Source of the DNA: an uncultured Christensenella sp. | GTDB taxonomy: Bacteria; Bacillota; Clostridia; Christensenellales; Borkfalkiaceae | Assembly (NCBI GenBank): GCA_910585595.1 | Contig: CAJUET010000002.1 | Coordinates: 135,418-199,417, forward strand | DNA length: 64,000 nucleotides | Reading direction: 5' to 3' | Program-made: the position numbers and the translations under genes | Shown here: positions 20,975-30,763 of the stretch, piece by piece | Layout: every line of letters starts with the position of its first letter | Numbering within the stretch: the first letter of the stretch is position 1 | The notes under the pieces: generated by a model | Seen by the model: the letters and a program-made list of their open reading frames with translations, nothing else | The model's database searches: none | Told to the model about the DNA's origin: nothing

Positions 20975-21922
20975 ATGAATTCATTCGAAATCGTTACGGA
21001 TTCCGCAGCAAATCTTCCCGATTCATACAGGATAGACAGAAATATTCACGTCGTCCCCTTCCGCTATATCGCAGACGGCGTTGAGTATACCTGTCTTGAA
21101 GAGGGCGTTCCCTTTCGGGAGAGCGCAAAAAAATTCTATGCACTTTTAAAATCGGGCGCAGACATTAAAACCTCCCTCGTATCGGAGGCGCAGTTCACCG
21201 CAGCGGCGGAACCCCTGTTGGAAGAGGGAAAGGACGTTCTCTTTCTTACGATCGCCTCCGGAATCAGCGGTACCTATAATCAAGCGCAGGCAGCGGCGGA
21301 AGCCCTCTCGAAAAAATATCCGAAACGCACCGTGATTGCAATCGACAGCGCAAACGCCTCTATGGGGCAGGGACTTCTCGCGCTTAAAGCCGCCGATTTG
21401 AGAGACATGGGCGAGAGTTGCTCTGCCACGGCGGAATGGTTGCAGGAAAACGTATATAAACTTAACAGCTATCTCACCGTAAGCGATTTGAAATACCTTA
21501 AAAAGAGCGGTAGAATTTCCACCCTCGTTGCGATCGCAGGCACGCTTCTGAGCATTAAACCCATCATCAAAGCGGACGGCGGTCCGGTTCCAAAACTTGC
21601 GGTCTGCGGCAGGGAGCACGGCAGAAAAAAGGCGATTTCGGCAGTTTTGAAAGCTTTTACGGATAATGCAATCGAACCCGAAACACAGGTCGTGGCAATT
21701 ACGCACGCCGACTGCGAAGAGGAAGCGTTCGCGCTTGCAGAGGAAGTTAAAAAGCTGGGCGTAAAAGACGTCATCATCGAATATTACGACATCTGTACGG
21801 GCGCGCACGCAGGACCCGGTACACTTGCCCTTTTCTTTACGGGAAAGGACAGACGGGGCGATTCGGTACCCGCCGAAGCCCGCGCAGGAGTCAAAAAGAA
21901 AGCGCGGAATACTGCAAAATAA
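20975..21922 (+). CDS. DegV-family fatty-acid-binding protein
   Basis: MNSFEIVTDSAANLP N-terminus and overall DegV pattern; 315 aa with a basic C-terminal tail. Confidence 0.85.
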   Translation: MNSFEIVTDSAANLPDSYRIDRNIHVVPFRYIADGVEYTCLEEGVPFRESAKKFYALLKSGADIKTSLVSEAQFTAAAEPLLEEGKDVLFLTIASGISGTYNQAQAAAEALSKKYPKRTVIAIDSANASMGQGLLALKAADLRDMGESCSATAEWLQENVYKLNSYLTVSDLKYLKKSGRISTLVAIAGTLLSIKPIIKADGGPVPKLAVCGREHGRKKAISAVLKAFTDNAIEPETQVVAITHADCEEEAFALAEEVKKLGVKDVIIEYYDICTGAHAGPGTLALFFTGKDRRGDSVPAEARAGVKKKARNTAK

Positions 21923-21929
21923 AACAATA

Positions 21930-21968
21930 GAACATCGCCCCTCCCGCTAAACGGGAGGGGCGATGTTC
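21930..21968. terminator. bidirectional terminator hairpin (degV / ABC-F convergent pair)
   Basis: Perfect 17-bp stem GAACATCGCCCCTCCCG / CGGGAGGGGCGATGTTC with a 5-nt loop, followed by a T-rich tract. Confidence 0.8.
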
Positions 21969-21979
21969 TATTTTAAAGT

Positions 21980-23566
21980 TTATCCTTCGATGAGGTCTAC
22001 GTATTCATCGAACGTCACATTTTTATCAAAGATCTTGGTACCGTTCAAAACGATAATGCGGTTACAAACCGTATTCATAAGCTCCTGATCGTGCGAAGTC
22101 AACAGCATACAGCCCTTGAACGAAGCGAGACCGTTGTTGAGCGCGGTGATCGATTCCAGATCGAGGTGAGCCGTCGGCTCGTCAAAGATCAGGAAATTCC
22201 CCCCTTCAAGCATCATTTTTGCAAGCATACAGCGCACTTTTTCGCCGCCCGATAAAACGCTCGCTTCTTTAAGCGCCTCCTCGCCCGAAAAGAGCATTCG
22301 CCCGAGCCAGCCCCGTAAATACTCCTCGTAGTGATCCTTCGAGAACTGCGAAAGCCACTGCACGAGCGACAACTCGCACCCGTTGAAATATTCACCGTTA
22401 TTCTGCGGAAAGTAGGAGGAGATGATCGTCTTGCCCCACTTCACGGTACCCGCGTCGGGTTCCGCCTTGCCCGTTAAAATATCGTAGAGCATCGTGATTG
22501 CCGTAGACTGATCGGAAACGATTCCGATTTTATCCCCCTTTTGCACGGTGAACGAAAGGTTTTTGAAATATCCCTCTTTCGTAAGTCCTTCTACAATCAG
22601 AATATCGTTGCCTATTTCGCGTTCGTATTTAAAGTCGATAAACGGATATTTCCTGAGCGAGGGCTGAAAATCGGAAATCGTGAGTTTTTCAAGCTCCTTC
22701 TTTCGCGAAGTCGCCTGACGGGACTTGCTTGCATTCGCCGCGAACCTCGCAATAAATTCTTTCAGCTCCTGCGCGCGCTGTTCGGCTTTCTTGTTCTGAT
22801 CCTTCTGCTGGCGGGCAAGCAGCTGCGAAGTCTGATACCAAAAATCGTAATTGCCCAAATACAGATTGATTTTTCCGAAGTCCACGTCGCATATATGCGT
22901 ACAGACCTTGTTTAAAAAGTGGCGGTTATGCGAAACGATGATGATCGTATTCTCGAAATCGAGCAAATAATTTTCCAGCCAGCGCACCGTCTTTAAGTCG
23001 AGGTTGTTCGTAGGCTCGTCCAATAAAAGAACGTCGGGGTTGCCGAAGAGCGCCTGTGCCAAAAGTACGCGCACCTTCTGTTTTGCGTCCAAGTCCCCCA
23101 TCGTCATATAGTGGTATTCCGAGGGAATATCGAGCGCATTCAAAAGCATTTCCGCTTCGCTCTCCGCCTCCCAGCCGCCGAGTTCCGCAAACTCGCTTTC
23201 AAGCTCGGAAGCACGAATGCCGTCCTCCTCGGTGAATTCCGCGTGCGCATATAACGCGTCCTTCTCGTCCATAATTTCAACTAAGCGCTTATGTCCCAGC
23301 ATGACGGTGCGCAACACCGATTCGAAGTCGTACTTGTTCTGATTCTGCGCAAGCACGCTCATACGCTCGTTCCTATCGAGAGATACGCTTCCCTTGTTGG
23401 GCTCGATTTCACCCGAAAGAATTTTTAAGAAGGTGGACTTGCCCGCGCCGTTCGCGCCGATGATCCCGTAACAGTTCCCCTTTGTGAATTTTAAGTTGAC
23501 GTCCTCGAAAAGTTTTTTGCTCCCGTATTGAAGACTGACGCCCGTAACCTGTAACATACTCAGCAC
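21980..23566 (-). CDS. ABC-F family ATPase (translation factor type, no TM domain)
   Basis: Two ABC cassettes (GANGAGKST; LSGGEK; LLLDEPTN / LIFDEPTAHLD) joined by a charged linker; 528 aa. Confidence 0.85.
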   Translation of the reverse strand: MLSMLQVTGVSLQYGSKKLFEDVNLKFTKGNCYGIIGANGAGKSTFLKILSGEIEPNKGSVSLDRNERMSVLAQNQNKYDFESVLRTVMLGHKRLVEIMDEKDALYAHAEFTEEDGIRASELESEFAELGGWEAESEAEMLLNALDIPSEYHYMTMGDLDAKQKVRVLLAQALFGNPDVLLLDEPTNNLDLKTVRWLENYLLDFENTIIIVSHNRHFLNKVCTHICDVDFGKINLYLGNYDFWYQTSQLLARQQKDQNKKAEQRAQELKEFIARFAANASKSRQATSRKKELEKLTISDFQPSLRKYPFIDFKYEREIGNDILIVEGLTKEGYFKNLSFTVQKGDKIGIVSDQSTAITMLYDILTGKAEPDAGTVKWGKTIISSYFPQNNGEYFNGCELSLVQWLSQFSKDHYEEYLRGWLGRMLFSGEEALKEASVLSGGEKVRCMLAKMMLEGGNFLIFDEPTAHLDLESITALNNGLASFKGCMLLTSHDQELMNTVCNRIIVLNGTKIFDKNVTFDEYVDLIEG

Positions 23567-23673
23567 CCCGATTTTTATTTCGCGGTTATTATACCATAAT
23601 CTCCCGATTTAATCAAACGAATCGCTCGGCTTTAACGAAAAAAGACCTTACTCACGGAAGGTCTTTTCCCATA

Positions 23674-24459
23674 TTAAATAAACGATACGCTCACGGAGCC
23701 TGCGGAAACGCCGACATCGAGTTTTTTATCTGGATCGGCACCCGTCTGACCGGAAACGTTACAGGAACCCGCGCTCTTGTCTACAAGAATCGTATAATCT
23801 TCTCTGTTGCCTGCAACCTTAAAATTCGCGGAGCCTGCGGAGACGTTCACGCGGATCTGCGGACAGGCAATGCGTTCCGCATTAAACGCACCTGCGTTTA
23901 CCTTACAGTCGAGCGATGCGCTTTCAAGAGATTTGACGTAAATCGCCCCCGCATTTACATTGCATTTTAATTCCGCACAAACCACGCCGTGCGCCGTGAG
24001 ACTTCCCGCATTCACAGTGATCTGCGCCTTTTCGAATTCTCCCTCGCCGATCTCCACCTTTCCCGCATTGACCGTGACGGTAAGTTTGAGAACCGTATTC
24101 CGCGGAATCTTTACGAGCGTTTCGGGAAGAACGATCGGCAGAAAAGTGAAATTGTACCAGTGCTTTTTGTTCAGACCGTTTACCGTGAGCAAGCCTTCTT
24201 TTTCTTCGACTGAGCCCGAATATCTGTTCGATACGGGATAGTCTACGGTGATCTCCTCTCCGTCGTAAAATTCCGTTTTGATATTCCCGACAGAGTTGTC
24301 GATTCTAAGTTCTGTGATTTCCCCTTCGGCAACGTAATGCTTCATTTCGAATTCGGGCATAAATTTCCAATCGTTCAGCGCAAGCGCTATGACCAGAATG
24401 ATCAGTCCGATCCCGATAATCACGCTTCCCCCGATGATCGCTTTGATAACAGCCTTCAT
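23674..24459 (-). CDS. DUF4097-like beta-repeat protein, N-terminally membrane anchored
   Basis: N-terminal TM, then repeated VNAG/VSAGS beta-strand units. Third gene of a PadR operon. Confidence 0.6.
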   Translation of the reverse strand: MKAVIKAIIGGSVIIGIGLIILVIALALNDWKFMPEFEMKHYVAEGEITELRIDNSVGNIKTEFYDGEEITVDYPVSNRYSGSVEEKEGLLTVNGLNKKHWYNFTFLPIVLPETLVKIPRNTVLKLTVTVNAGKVEIGEGEFEKAQITVNAGSLTAHGVVCAELKCNVNAGAIYVKSLESASLDCKVNAGAFNAERIACPQIRVNVSAGSANFKVAGNREDYTILVDKSAGSCNVSGQTGADPDKKLDVGVSAGSVSVSFI

Positions 24460-24460
24460 T

Positions 24461-25135
24461 TTACGCCTCCTCCGCGGTAAATAACGATTTTATAAAGCCG
24501 CCTATCTTTTTGAAAAACGTCCACAAGAGCTTAGCTATACGGGGCAGAACGCTGATCAGAATCACGCCTATGCCGAACAGAATCAAACCTGCGCCCACGC
24601 GCATAAGCCCGTCGGGAACGCTTGAAAACAACGTGCCGACGCCCAATCCGATCTCGCCAATCCCCGCGATCAGAACCGCAAACGGTGCAAGGAACGCCGC
24701 AACCGTGACCGCACTCAAAGCCAGAATTATGCCGAAAATCGGAATTGCAAATATAATGCAAAGCAAAATAAATACCCAAGAAGTCTTGCCCTTACTCTTT
24801 CGCTTTGCCCTCTTTTCTTCCTTAGCGCATGGTCTTGCTTCGTACACACGCGGCGGTTCGCTGAAATATTCGTCGCGCGCGGGTGCTGGTTTTGGCGGCA
24901 CTTCGTGCCGCTCCTTTCTTTCGGGTACTTCATACGCGCCTCCGTCCTCGTTCAGAATGCGCTGCGCCGCGTCGTAGGGAGGTCCGAACTGTTCTATGAT
25001 CTCCCGCTCGGAATAGCCCGCCTCACGGCGATCGGCATACGCTTCCGCATAATACTCCAAAACGCGTTTTTGTTCGCTTTGAGAAACGCAAAGAAGATTG
25101 CTCTTTAATTCGTCTCTCCATTCGGTATACGTCAT
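24461..25135 (-). CDS. DUF1700-like membrane protein
   Basis: N-terminal YTEWRDELKSNL...QKRVLEYYAE pattern, C-terminal TM helices. Overlaps the padR stop. Confidence 0.65.
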   Translation of the reverse strand: MTYTEWRDELKSNLLCVSQSEQKRVLEYYAEAYADRREAGYSEREIIEQFGPPYDAAQRILNEDGGAYEVPERKERHEVPPKPAPARDEYFSEPPRVYEARPCAKEEKRAKRKSKGKTSWVFILLCIIFAIPIFGIILALSAVTVAAFLAPFAVLIAGIGEIGLGVGTLFSSVPDGLMRVGAGLILFGIGVILISVLPRIAKLLWTFFKKIGGFIKSLFTAEEA

Positions 25136-25443
25136 ATCTTTCCTCCGAAAATCGCTTTGTAAATACTTTGTATCTCCAACAGATCCTCTCTGCCCGATCT
25201 TAGCTTGCTCAGTCCCAAGGGAGTTATCTTGTAATACCGCCTCAACCTTCCGCTGTGCTCCGCCGTGCGCGCCGTAATATAACCGCCGACTTCCAACCGC
25301 TTCAAAATAGGATAGAGCGTACTTTCGGAAATTTCTATAACTCCCTCTAAGTCGCTGATGATTTTATAGCCGTAGCTCTCGCCCCTGCTCAACGCATAGA
25401 GCACGCATACGTCTAATATTCCCTTTTTGAGCTGTACATCCAT
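25132..25443 (-). CDS. PadR-family transcriptional regulator
   Basis: LKKGILDVCVLYALSRGESYGYKIISDL winged-helix pattern; 103 aa. Confidence 0.85.
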   Translation of the reverse strand: MDVQLKKGILDVCVLYALSRGESYGYKIISDLEGVIEISESTLYPILKRLEVGGYITARTAEHSGRLRRYYKITPLGLSKLRSGREDLLEIQSIYKAIFGGKI

Positions 25444-25567
25444 TGAATACCCCGCTTTGTCTGATACTATACATTACATAGTATTATTTGTCAAGCGTTT
25501 TCAACAAAATTTTTTCAGAAATTTTTTAGCCGAACAAATATATTGCGAGCATAAAAAAAGAACCCCG

Positions 25568-26590
25568 TCAAGGGGTTTTCTCTTCTTTTTTCGGTTTCTT
25601 CTTTTTGGAATAAAGCCAAAAGCCGAACGAAAGCGCAAAGCCTGAAAACAACAGTACGACCGCTACGACCCAATACCACGGGGAAGCGTTGAGAGCCGAT
25701 AAAACCGTAGGCGCGATTTCGGTTTTCGCTTCCCGAAGGGTGGAGACGTAAATGGCGGGAACGGAACCGATTATAAAACCTAAAATGGAATAATGAGTTC
25801 CGCGCGGGCACTTTTTCAAGAGCGTTTTCATAAGCACGGAGATCGCAAAGAAGCCCGCAACGAGCCCTATCGCAAGACAGCCCAAAACAGCAAAACATAT
25901 CCCAACGTTTCGCCCGTGCAGTAAATACACGGTCACAAGCTCTACGACAGGATTATAATAGCCGAAAATAAGCAACAGCATCGAACCCGAAATTCCGGGC
26001 ACGACGAGCGCGCACGAGCCGACCGCGCCGATCAGAATGAGCAGAAAATATCCGCCCGCGTTCATATCAAATAAATTCACGTTCCCCGCAAGCGGCAAAA
26101 AGCAGAGCGCGGCGGCGGCAGCCAAAGGAATGAATAAGGCAAGCGCATACTTCCAGTTGAACTTTGCGCCCTTCAATTTTTCCCCTATGGACGGAATTCC
26201 GCCGATCGCAAGCCCCACAAACAGCGTCACCGTGGGAACGGGATAATGCCTGAGCCCCCATTGTATGGGCAGTATCAACGCCGCAATGCCCACGAGCATA
26301 CCGATAAGAATGGGAAGAAGAGTCACGACGCTCTTTTTGAAGTGTTTGAAAATATCGGCGATCGCGCCCACGAGCCGCTCGTATATGCCGAGGATCGCCG
26401 CCACCGAACCGCCCGAAAAACCGGGAATAATAAATGCGATCCCGATTCCGATCCCCCTCAAAATATCGTAAAAAAAAGCGAGAAAAGGATTTTGTTTTTT
26501 CCCTTCCTGCGGTACCTTCTCAGGTTGCTTTTGGGGTTCCCCTTCAAGTTCCGACGCTTCCGTTTTGATTTTTTCGCTCTGCTCGTCCAT
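25568..26590 (-). CDS. DUF368-family polytopic membrane protein (family linked to undecaprenyl-phosphate recycling)
   Basis: IIPGFSGGSVAAILGIYERL and a second VVPGISGSMLLLIFGYY repeat, typical of DUF368. Confidence 0.7.
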   Translation of the reverse strand: MDEQSEKIKTEASELEGEPQKQPEKVPQEGKKQNPFLAFFYDILRGIGIGIAFIIPGFSGGSVAAILGIYERLVGAIADIFKHFKKSVVTLLPILIGMLVGIAALILPIQWGLRHYPVPTVTLFVGLAIGGIPSIGEKLKGAKFNWKYALALFIPLAAAAALCFLPLAGNVNLFDMNAGGYFLLILIGAVGSCALVVPGISGSMLLLIFGYYNPVVELVTVYLLHGRNVGICFAVLGCLAIGLVAGFFAISVLMKTLLKKCPRGTHYSILGFIIGSVPAIYVSTLREAKTEIAPTVLSALNASPWYWVVAVVLLFSGFALSFGFWLYSKKKKPKKEEKTP

Positions 26591-26626
26591 ACAGTTTAGT
26601 ATATCACAGCTTTACGGGAAAAACAA

Positions 26627-27328
26627 CTATTCCGATAAAAAATCTTCTCTCGAAAGTCCTTCCCGAAGTTTTTCAAGCGCCTTCTTTTCGATACGCGAAA
26701 CATAGGAGCGGGAAATTTTAAGTTTTGCAGCAACCTCTCTCTGCGCCATGGGCGCGCCGCCTGCCAAGGCGTAGCGCATACAGATAATGACGGTCTCCCG
26801 TTCGGAGAGAAGTTTTTTGATTGCGCACAAAAATTTTTCCTGCATGAGCGACTGCTCCACGCTCCCGAACACTTTATCCTCTTTTTCAAAAAGCAGATCC
26901 ATGAGGGTAAGCTCGTTTCCGTCCTTATCGCATCCCACGGGGTCTGAGAGGGAAACGTTCTTTTTATGCTTTTTTCCCGCGCGGATAAGCATGAGAATTT
27001 CGTTCTCGATACAGCGTGCCGTGTAAGTCGCAAGCCGCGTGCCGTGCCCCACCTCGTAAGTATTGATTGCCTTGATGAGCCCGATACTGCCCACCGAGAT
27101 CATGTCGTCCGTCTCCGCCGCTCCGTTGTACTTTTTTACGATATGGGCAACAAGCCGCATGTTGTGTTTGACGAGCATATCTTTTGCGTGTTTGTCCCCT
27201 TGTTTGGCAAGCTTTAAATATTTCTCTTCCTCCGCCGCCGAAAGAGGCTTTGGATAAGACGTTCCGTCCGAAAAAGAACCCGTAAAAAAGAATAGCCGCG
27301 TTAACACGGCGCAAATGAGTCCGAGCAT
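26627..27328 (-). CDS. sigK: sporulation sigma factor, pro-sigma-K type
   Basis: Short hydrophobic pro-sequence, then YPKPLSAAEEEKYL...HNMRLVAHIVKKY...ARCIENEILM...VSLSDPVGCDKDGNE...ISRSYVSRIEKKAL. This parallels B. subtilis SigK. The gene is monocistronic and uninterrupted. Confidence 0.75.
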   Translation of the reverse strand: MLGLICAVLTRLFFFTGSFSDGTSYPKPLSAAEEEKYLKLAKQGDKHAKDMLVKHNMRLVAHIVKKYNGAAETDDMISVGSIGLIKAINTYEVGHGTRLATYTARCIENEILMLIRAGKKHKKNVSLSDPVGCDKDGNELTLMDLLFEKEDKVFGSVEQSLMQEKFLCAIKKLLSERETVIICMRYALAGGAPMAQREVAAKLKISRSYVSRIEKKALEKLREGLSREDFLSE

Positions 27329-27532
27329 AGGAAACCCCGCAAAAATTCCGTTTGTTTATCCTATGCTTTTTACAATTTGTCCTATACTAAAAGGCAGGCA
27401 AAAATTCAAATTTATTCGGATTCAAAGAAAAAGTTAGAAATTCAACCAACAGTTGAGAAAATATTATTGAGATTTTGAACCGATTTTTGTATAATTTATT
27501 TATGATCATATAAAACGCGCGGAGGAGAATCA

Positions 27533-28678
27533 ATGAACTGTGGAGAAAAGATAGCGGAACTGCGTAAAAAACGCGGTATGACGCAGGACGATCTGGGAAA
27601 GGCGATGAACGTTTCGTATCAGGCGGTTTCAAAATGGGAGCGCGACGAATCGCAGCCCGATTTCGAGACGATGACGAAAATCGCCAAACTGTTCAACGTC
27701 CCGCTCGGATATTTTGCAGAGGACAGCGAAACGGAAGAAAAGTCCGACAAAGAAACTATCAAGGAAGAAGTCAAAGAAGAAGTTAAAAAAGAACTTCGGG
27801 AAGAATTAACGCGGGAAGTTACGGAAGGCATCAAAAAAGAACAAGCCGAAGATCCGACCGCAGGAAACTGCACCGTCTGCGGAAAATTACTGAAAGAGAG
27901 CGAAGTCGCATCTTACACGCCCAAGCTCGTCTGTAAATCTTGCGCGGAACGAAAAGAACAGGAAACGCTGAACGCTCAGAAAAAAGCGGAGGAAGACAGG
28001 AAACTCGACAAACAGCTTTCCGCAAGAGAGATTCTCGGACACGGATTCGACGTACCGCTCATCATATCGTTAGTGCTTGCGTTCGTCTGTTACGTCGCGC
28101 TCACCGCAGTCACCTTTCTCAACCAATCGTCGGACGACGGCATGCTCTACGGATTTTTGACTTTCCTGTGTCCCCTCGCTGTTTTTGCCTGCACGCACGC
28201 CGTCGTCGATGCAGTCAGCGAATGGCGGAACCGTGACAGCGACGAAGCCTATACGCGCAACCTGTCGCTGATTGTCGGAGCGTGTTTTGCCGCCGTCAAT
28301 CTTGCGATTTTCCTCTCCCTCTATTTCACCTCGGACGAGGGCGCAGACCTGTTTTGTCTGATACTGCTCTTTATGAGCATGATACTTTCTTTCACGTTCG
28401 TAAGCCAGTTTATGTACGGCGGAGTCGTCAAAGAAATATTTACGGCGGGAGGTTTCACCTTTAAATTACCGGGATTCATCATCACGCTCGACATCGACTC
28501 TCTGCTGTGGATGATCGTAGCGAAATTCTTTCTCGGAATTCTTGCGGCAATCGTATTCGTCGTAACGACCGTGCTCTTCGCCGTGGTCGCAATCCTCGGC
28601 TCAGTCTTTCTCTTTATCCCCTCCGTTCTCTGGAAAACGAGAAAGGATCATAAAGCAAAACAAAGCCTGAAAGAATAA
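27533..28678 (+). CDS. XRE-type HTH protein with zinc-ribbon and C-terminal multi-pass membrane domain
   Basis: N-terminal LRKKRGMTQDDLGKAMNVSYQAVSKWE HTH, charged linker, CTVCG...CKSC, then about 6 TM helices. Confidence 0.65.
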   Translation: MNCGEKIAELRKKRGMTQDDLGKAMNVSYQAVSKWERDESQPDFETMTKIAKLFNVPLGYFAEDSETEEKSDKETIKEEVKEEVKKELREELTREVTEGIKKEQAEDPTAGNCTVCGKLLKESEVASYTPKLVCKSCAERKEQETLNAQKKAEEDRKLDKQLSAREILGHGFDVPLIISLVLAFVCYVALTAVTFLNQSSDDGMLYGFLTFLCPLAVFACTHAVVDAVSEWRNRDSDEAYTRNLSLIVGACFAAVNLAIFLSLYFTSDEGADLFCLILLFMSMILSFTFVSQFMYGGVVKEIFTAGGFTFKLPGFIITLDIDSLLWMIVAKFFLGILAAIVFVVTTVLFAVVAILGSVFLFIPSVLWKTRKDHKAKQSLKE

Positions 28679-28692
28679 TTACATAAAATATC

Positions 28693-28721
28693 AAAGCGCC
28701 GTCCATCCGGGACGGCGCTTT
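28693..28721. terminator. bidirectional terminator hairpin
   Basis: AAAGCGCCGTCC / GGACGGCGCTTT 12-bp stem between convergent genes. Confidence 0.8.
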
Positions 28722-28731
28722 CATTTATTCG

Positions 28732-30486
28732 TTATTTCTTATCGGGAATGACCGCGCGGATATTCGCTTCGACAAGCTGTTTTTCCTCCACGGGCGAGGG
28801 CGCGTTCATAAGAAGATCGCGCGCCTTTGCGTTCATGGGGAAAGGAATAACCTCGCGGATATTTGCCGTCTCGCAAATAAGCATGACCATTCTGTCGACG
28901 CCGGGGGCGACGCCCGCGTGCGGAGGCGCGCCGAACTCGAACGCCTGATAGAGCGCGGGGAACTTTTTCCCGACCTCCTCTTTCCCCATGCCGACGAGCG
29001 AAAACGCTTTGAGCATGATTTCGGGATCGTGATTTCTCACCGCGCCCGAAGAAAGTTCGATTCCGTTACACACAATATCGTACTGATAGGCAAGAATTTC
29101 AAGCGGATCTTTTTTGAACGCCTCCATTCCCCCCTGCGGCATAGAGAACGGATTGTGGCAGAATTCGAGCTGCCCGCTCTCCTCGCCGATTTCATACATG
29201 GGAAAGTCGACGATCCAGCAGAAGCGGAACACGTCCTTTTCAAGCAGATCGAGCCCCGTGCCCAACATGGTGCGCAAAATTCCCGCACGCTTTTGCACGA
29301 GCGAAAGCTTTTCTTCCGCGATAAGCGCGACGAAGGAATTCGCCTTCAACTCCAAGCGCGCTTTGACTTCCTCTGAATTCTCCGTTAAAAATTTGCTGAT
29401 TCCGCCCACGGGCTGCGCGTTCTCGTCCAGACGGAACCAGAACATTGCGCCCCCTTCCGTCTTGATCTTGAAGTCCTCTGCGGTCTTGTCGATCCACTTT
29501 CTCGCACCCGTAAAATCGGGCACGGCGATCGCTTTGACGACTTTACCCTGAAACGCCGTAAATTCGCCGTCGGCAAATAAGTCGGTAACGTCCCTGATCA
29601 CGAGCGGGTTGCGAAGGTCGGGCTTGTCCGAACCGTACGTTTCCAAAGCCTCGCGGTAAGGGATACGGCGGAAAGGCGGCTTATCCGCCTGTTTGCCCGA
29701 ATACTTGGCGAATACGGGCGGAAGCACCCCTTCCAGCACCTCGAACACGTCCTCCTGCGTTGCATATGCAAGTTCGATGTCGAGCTGATAAAACTCACCG
29801 GGGGAGCGGTCGGCTCTTGCATCCTCGTCGCGGAAGCAGGGCGCGATCTGAAAGTATCGGTCGAATCCCGAACACATCAAAAGCTGTTTATACTGCTGCG
29901 GCGCCTGCGGAAGCGCGTAGAACTCGCCGGGATACAGGCGGCTCGGCACGATATAGTCGCGCGCGCCCTCGGGCGAAGAACTCGTTAAAATGGGCGTCGT
30001 GATCTCATAAAAGCCCCTCTCGGTCATGAGCTTTCTCAGATCGGCAACGATTTGGGAACGCAGAATAATTTTATCGCGTACCGCGCTGTTTCTCAGATCG
30101 AGAAAGCGGTAACGAAGGCGTATATCCTCGCCCGCGTCGAGCGAACGGTTGACCTCGAAGGGAAGCGCCTGCACCGAGCGTCTGCCCAGAATTTCCACCT
30201 TTTCGGGAATAATTTCGATAAGCCCCGTGGGAAGTTTCTCGTTGGGCGCGGAACGAAGCGCGACCGTTCCCTCTATGCTGACCGTCGATTCGGTGGGAAT
30301 ATCCCTTAAAGCCGAAAGACAGGGTTCTTCGGTTGCGACGACCTGCGTCGTGCCGTAGAAGTCGCGCAAGACCGCAAAGAGCAAGCCTCCCTTATCGCGC
30401 TTAGAATCGAGCCAGCCGGAAAGTTTCACCTTTTTGCCCGCGTCCTCTTTTCTGAGTTCCCCGCAGGTGTGCGTTCTATAAAACAT
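28732..30486 (-). CDS. aspS: aspartate--tRNA ligase
   Basis: 584 aa; MFYRTHTCGELR N-terminus, FYQLDIE, class II motifs, GAPPHAG. Confidence 0.95.
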   Translation of the reverse strand: MFYRTHTCGELRKEDAGKKVKLSGWLDSKRDKGGLLFAVLRDFYGTTQVVATEEPCLSALRDIPTESTVSIEGTVALRSAPNEKLPTGLIEIIPEKVEILGRRSVQALPFEVNRSLDAGEDIRLRYRFLDLRNSAVRDKIILRSQIVADLRKLMTERGFYEITTPILTSSSPEGARDYIVPSRLYPGEFYALPQAPQQYKQLLMCSGFDRYFQIAPCFRDEDARADRSPGEFYQLDIELAYATQEDVFEVLEGVLPPVFAKYSGKQADKPPFRRIPYREALETYGSDKPDLRNPLVIRDVTDLFADGEFTAFQGKVVKAIAVPDFTGARKWIDKTAEDFKIKTEGGAMFWFRLDENAQPVGGISKFLTENSEEVKARLELKANSFVALIAEEKLSLVQKRAGILRTMLGTGLDLLEKDVFRFCWIVDFPMYEIGEESGQLEFCHNPFSMPQGGMEAFKKDPLEILAYQYDIVCNGIELSSGAVRNHDPEIMLKAFSLVGMGKEEVGKKFPALYQAFEFGAPPHAGVAPGVDRMVMLICETANIREVIPFPMNAKARDLLMNAPSPVEEKQLVEANIRAVIPDKK

Positions 30487-30515
30487 GGTTTTATCCTCTA
30501 TATATCGTTTTCATT

Positions 30516-30544
30516 ATTGTAGCCTGTTCCCCACCCGTTGTCAA
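30516..30544 (-). promoter_or_regulatory. candidate sigma-70 promoter of aspS
   Basis: On the minus strand, TTGACA, 17 nt, TACAAT, about 30 nt upstream of the ATG. Confidence 0.55.
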
Positions 30545-30562
30545 GAAAATGAAAGAAAGCTA

Positions 30563-30591
30563 TTGACATTTTTTCGCTATTTTGATATACT
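30563..30591 (+). promoter_or_regulatory. candidate sigma-70 promoter driving the structured leader/sRNA
   Basis: TTGACA (30563-30568), 17 nt, TATACT (30586-30591). Confidence 0.6.
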
Positions 30592-30595
30592 ACCC

Positions 30596-30749
30596 TTACC
30601 ACGCAACTGAATAATTTTTGCACACAGGGTACAAACCGGCATTGTTTGTATCTCTATATTCCTGTGTGCGGAATGGTTGCGTGGTAACAATCGGAGATAC
30701 TGATGCAGGGCGTGTCTCCGAAAGGGACACGCTTTTTTATTGCCCTGCA
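30596..30749 (+). ncRNA. structured 5' leader or small RNA with intrinsic terminator upstream of the LRR lipoprotein gene
   Basis: Nested perfect helices: 12 bp (30596-30607/30676-30687), 9 bp (30620-30628/30661-30669), 6 bp (30631-30636/30644-30649). Terminator GCGTGTC..GACACGC + TTTTTT at 30710-30738. Alternative pairing TGCAGGGC (30704-30711) / GCCCTGCA (30742-30749). Confidence 0.45.
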
Positions 30750-30763
30750 AAAGGAGAAAAATT

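Noticed and set aside
6304-21808. Long antisense or shadow ORFs inside housekeeping genes, e.g. 6304..7209(+), 8407..9072(+), 10054..10541, 12306..13047(+), 19231..19875(+), 21146..21808(-)
   Set aside because: Each is fully embedded in a confidently identified gene on the opposite strand or in another frame. They have low-complexity Arg/Ser/Pro-rich translations and lack RBS-like sequences. This is the usual artefact of high GC content.
26627-27328. Possible skin-like intervening element in sigK
   Set aside because: The ORF is continuous from the pro-sequence through region 4 (233 aa) with all conserved blocks in order, so there is no interruption here.
30620-30650. Assigning the LRR leader to the c-di-GMP-I (GEMM) riboswitch class
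   Set aside because: Only one short stretch (CACAGGG..CAAACC) resembles the aptamer. The second hairpin with the ACGCAAAGC-type core and the tetraloop/receptor pair is missing. I kept it as an unclassified structured leader.
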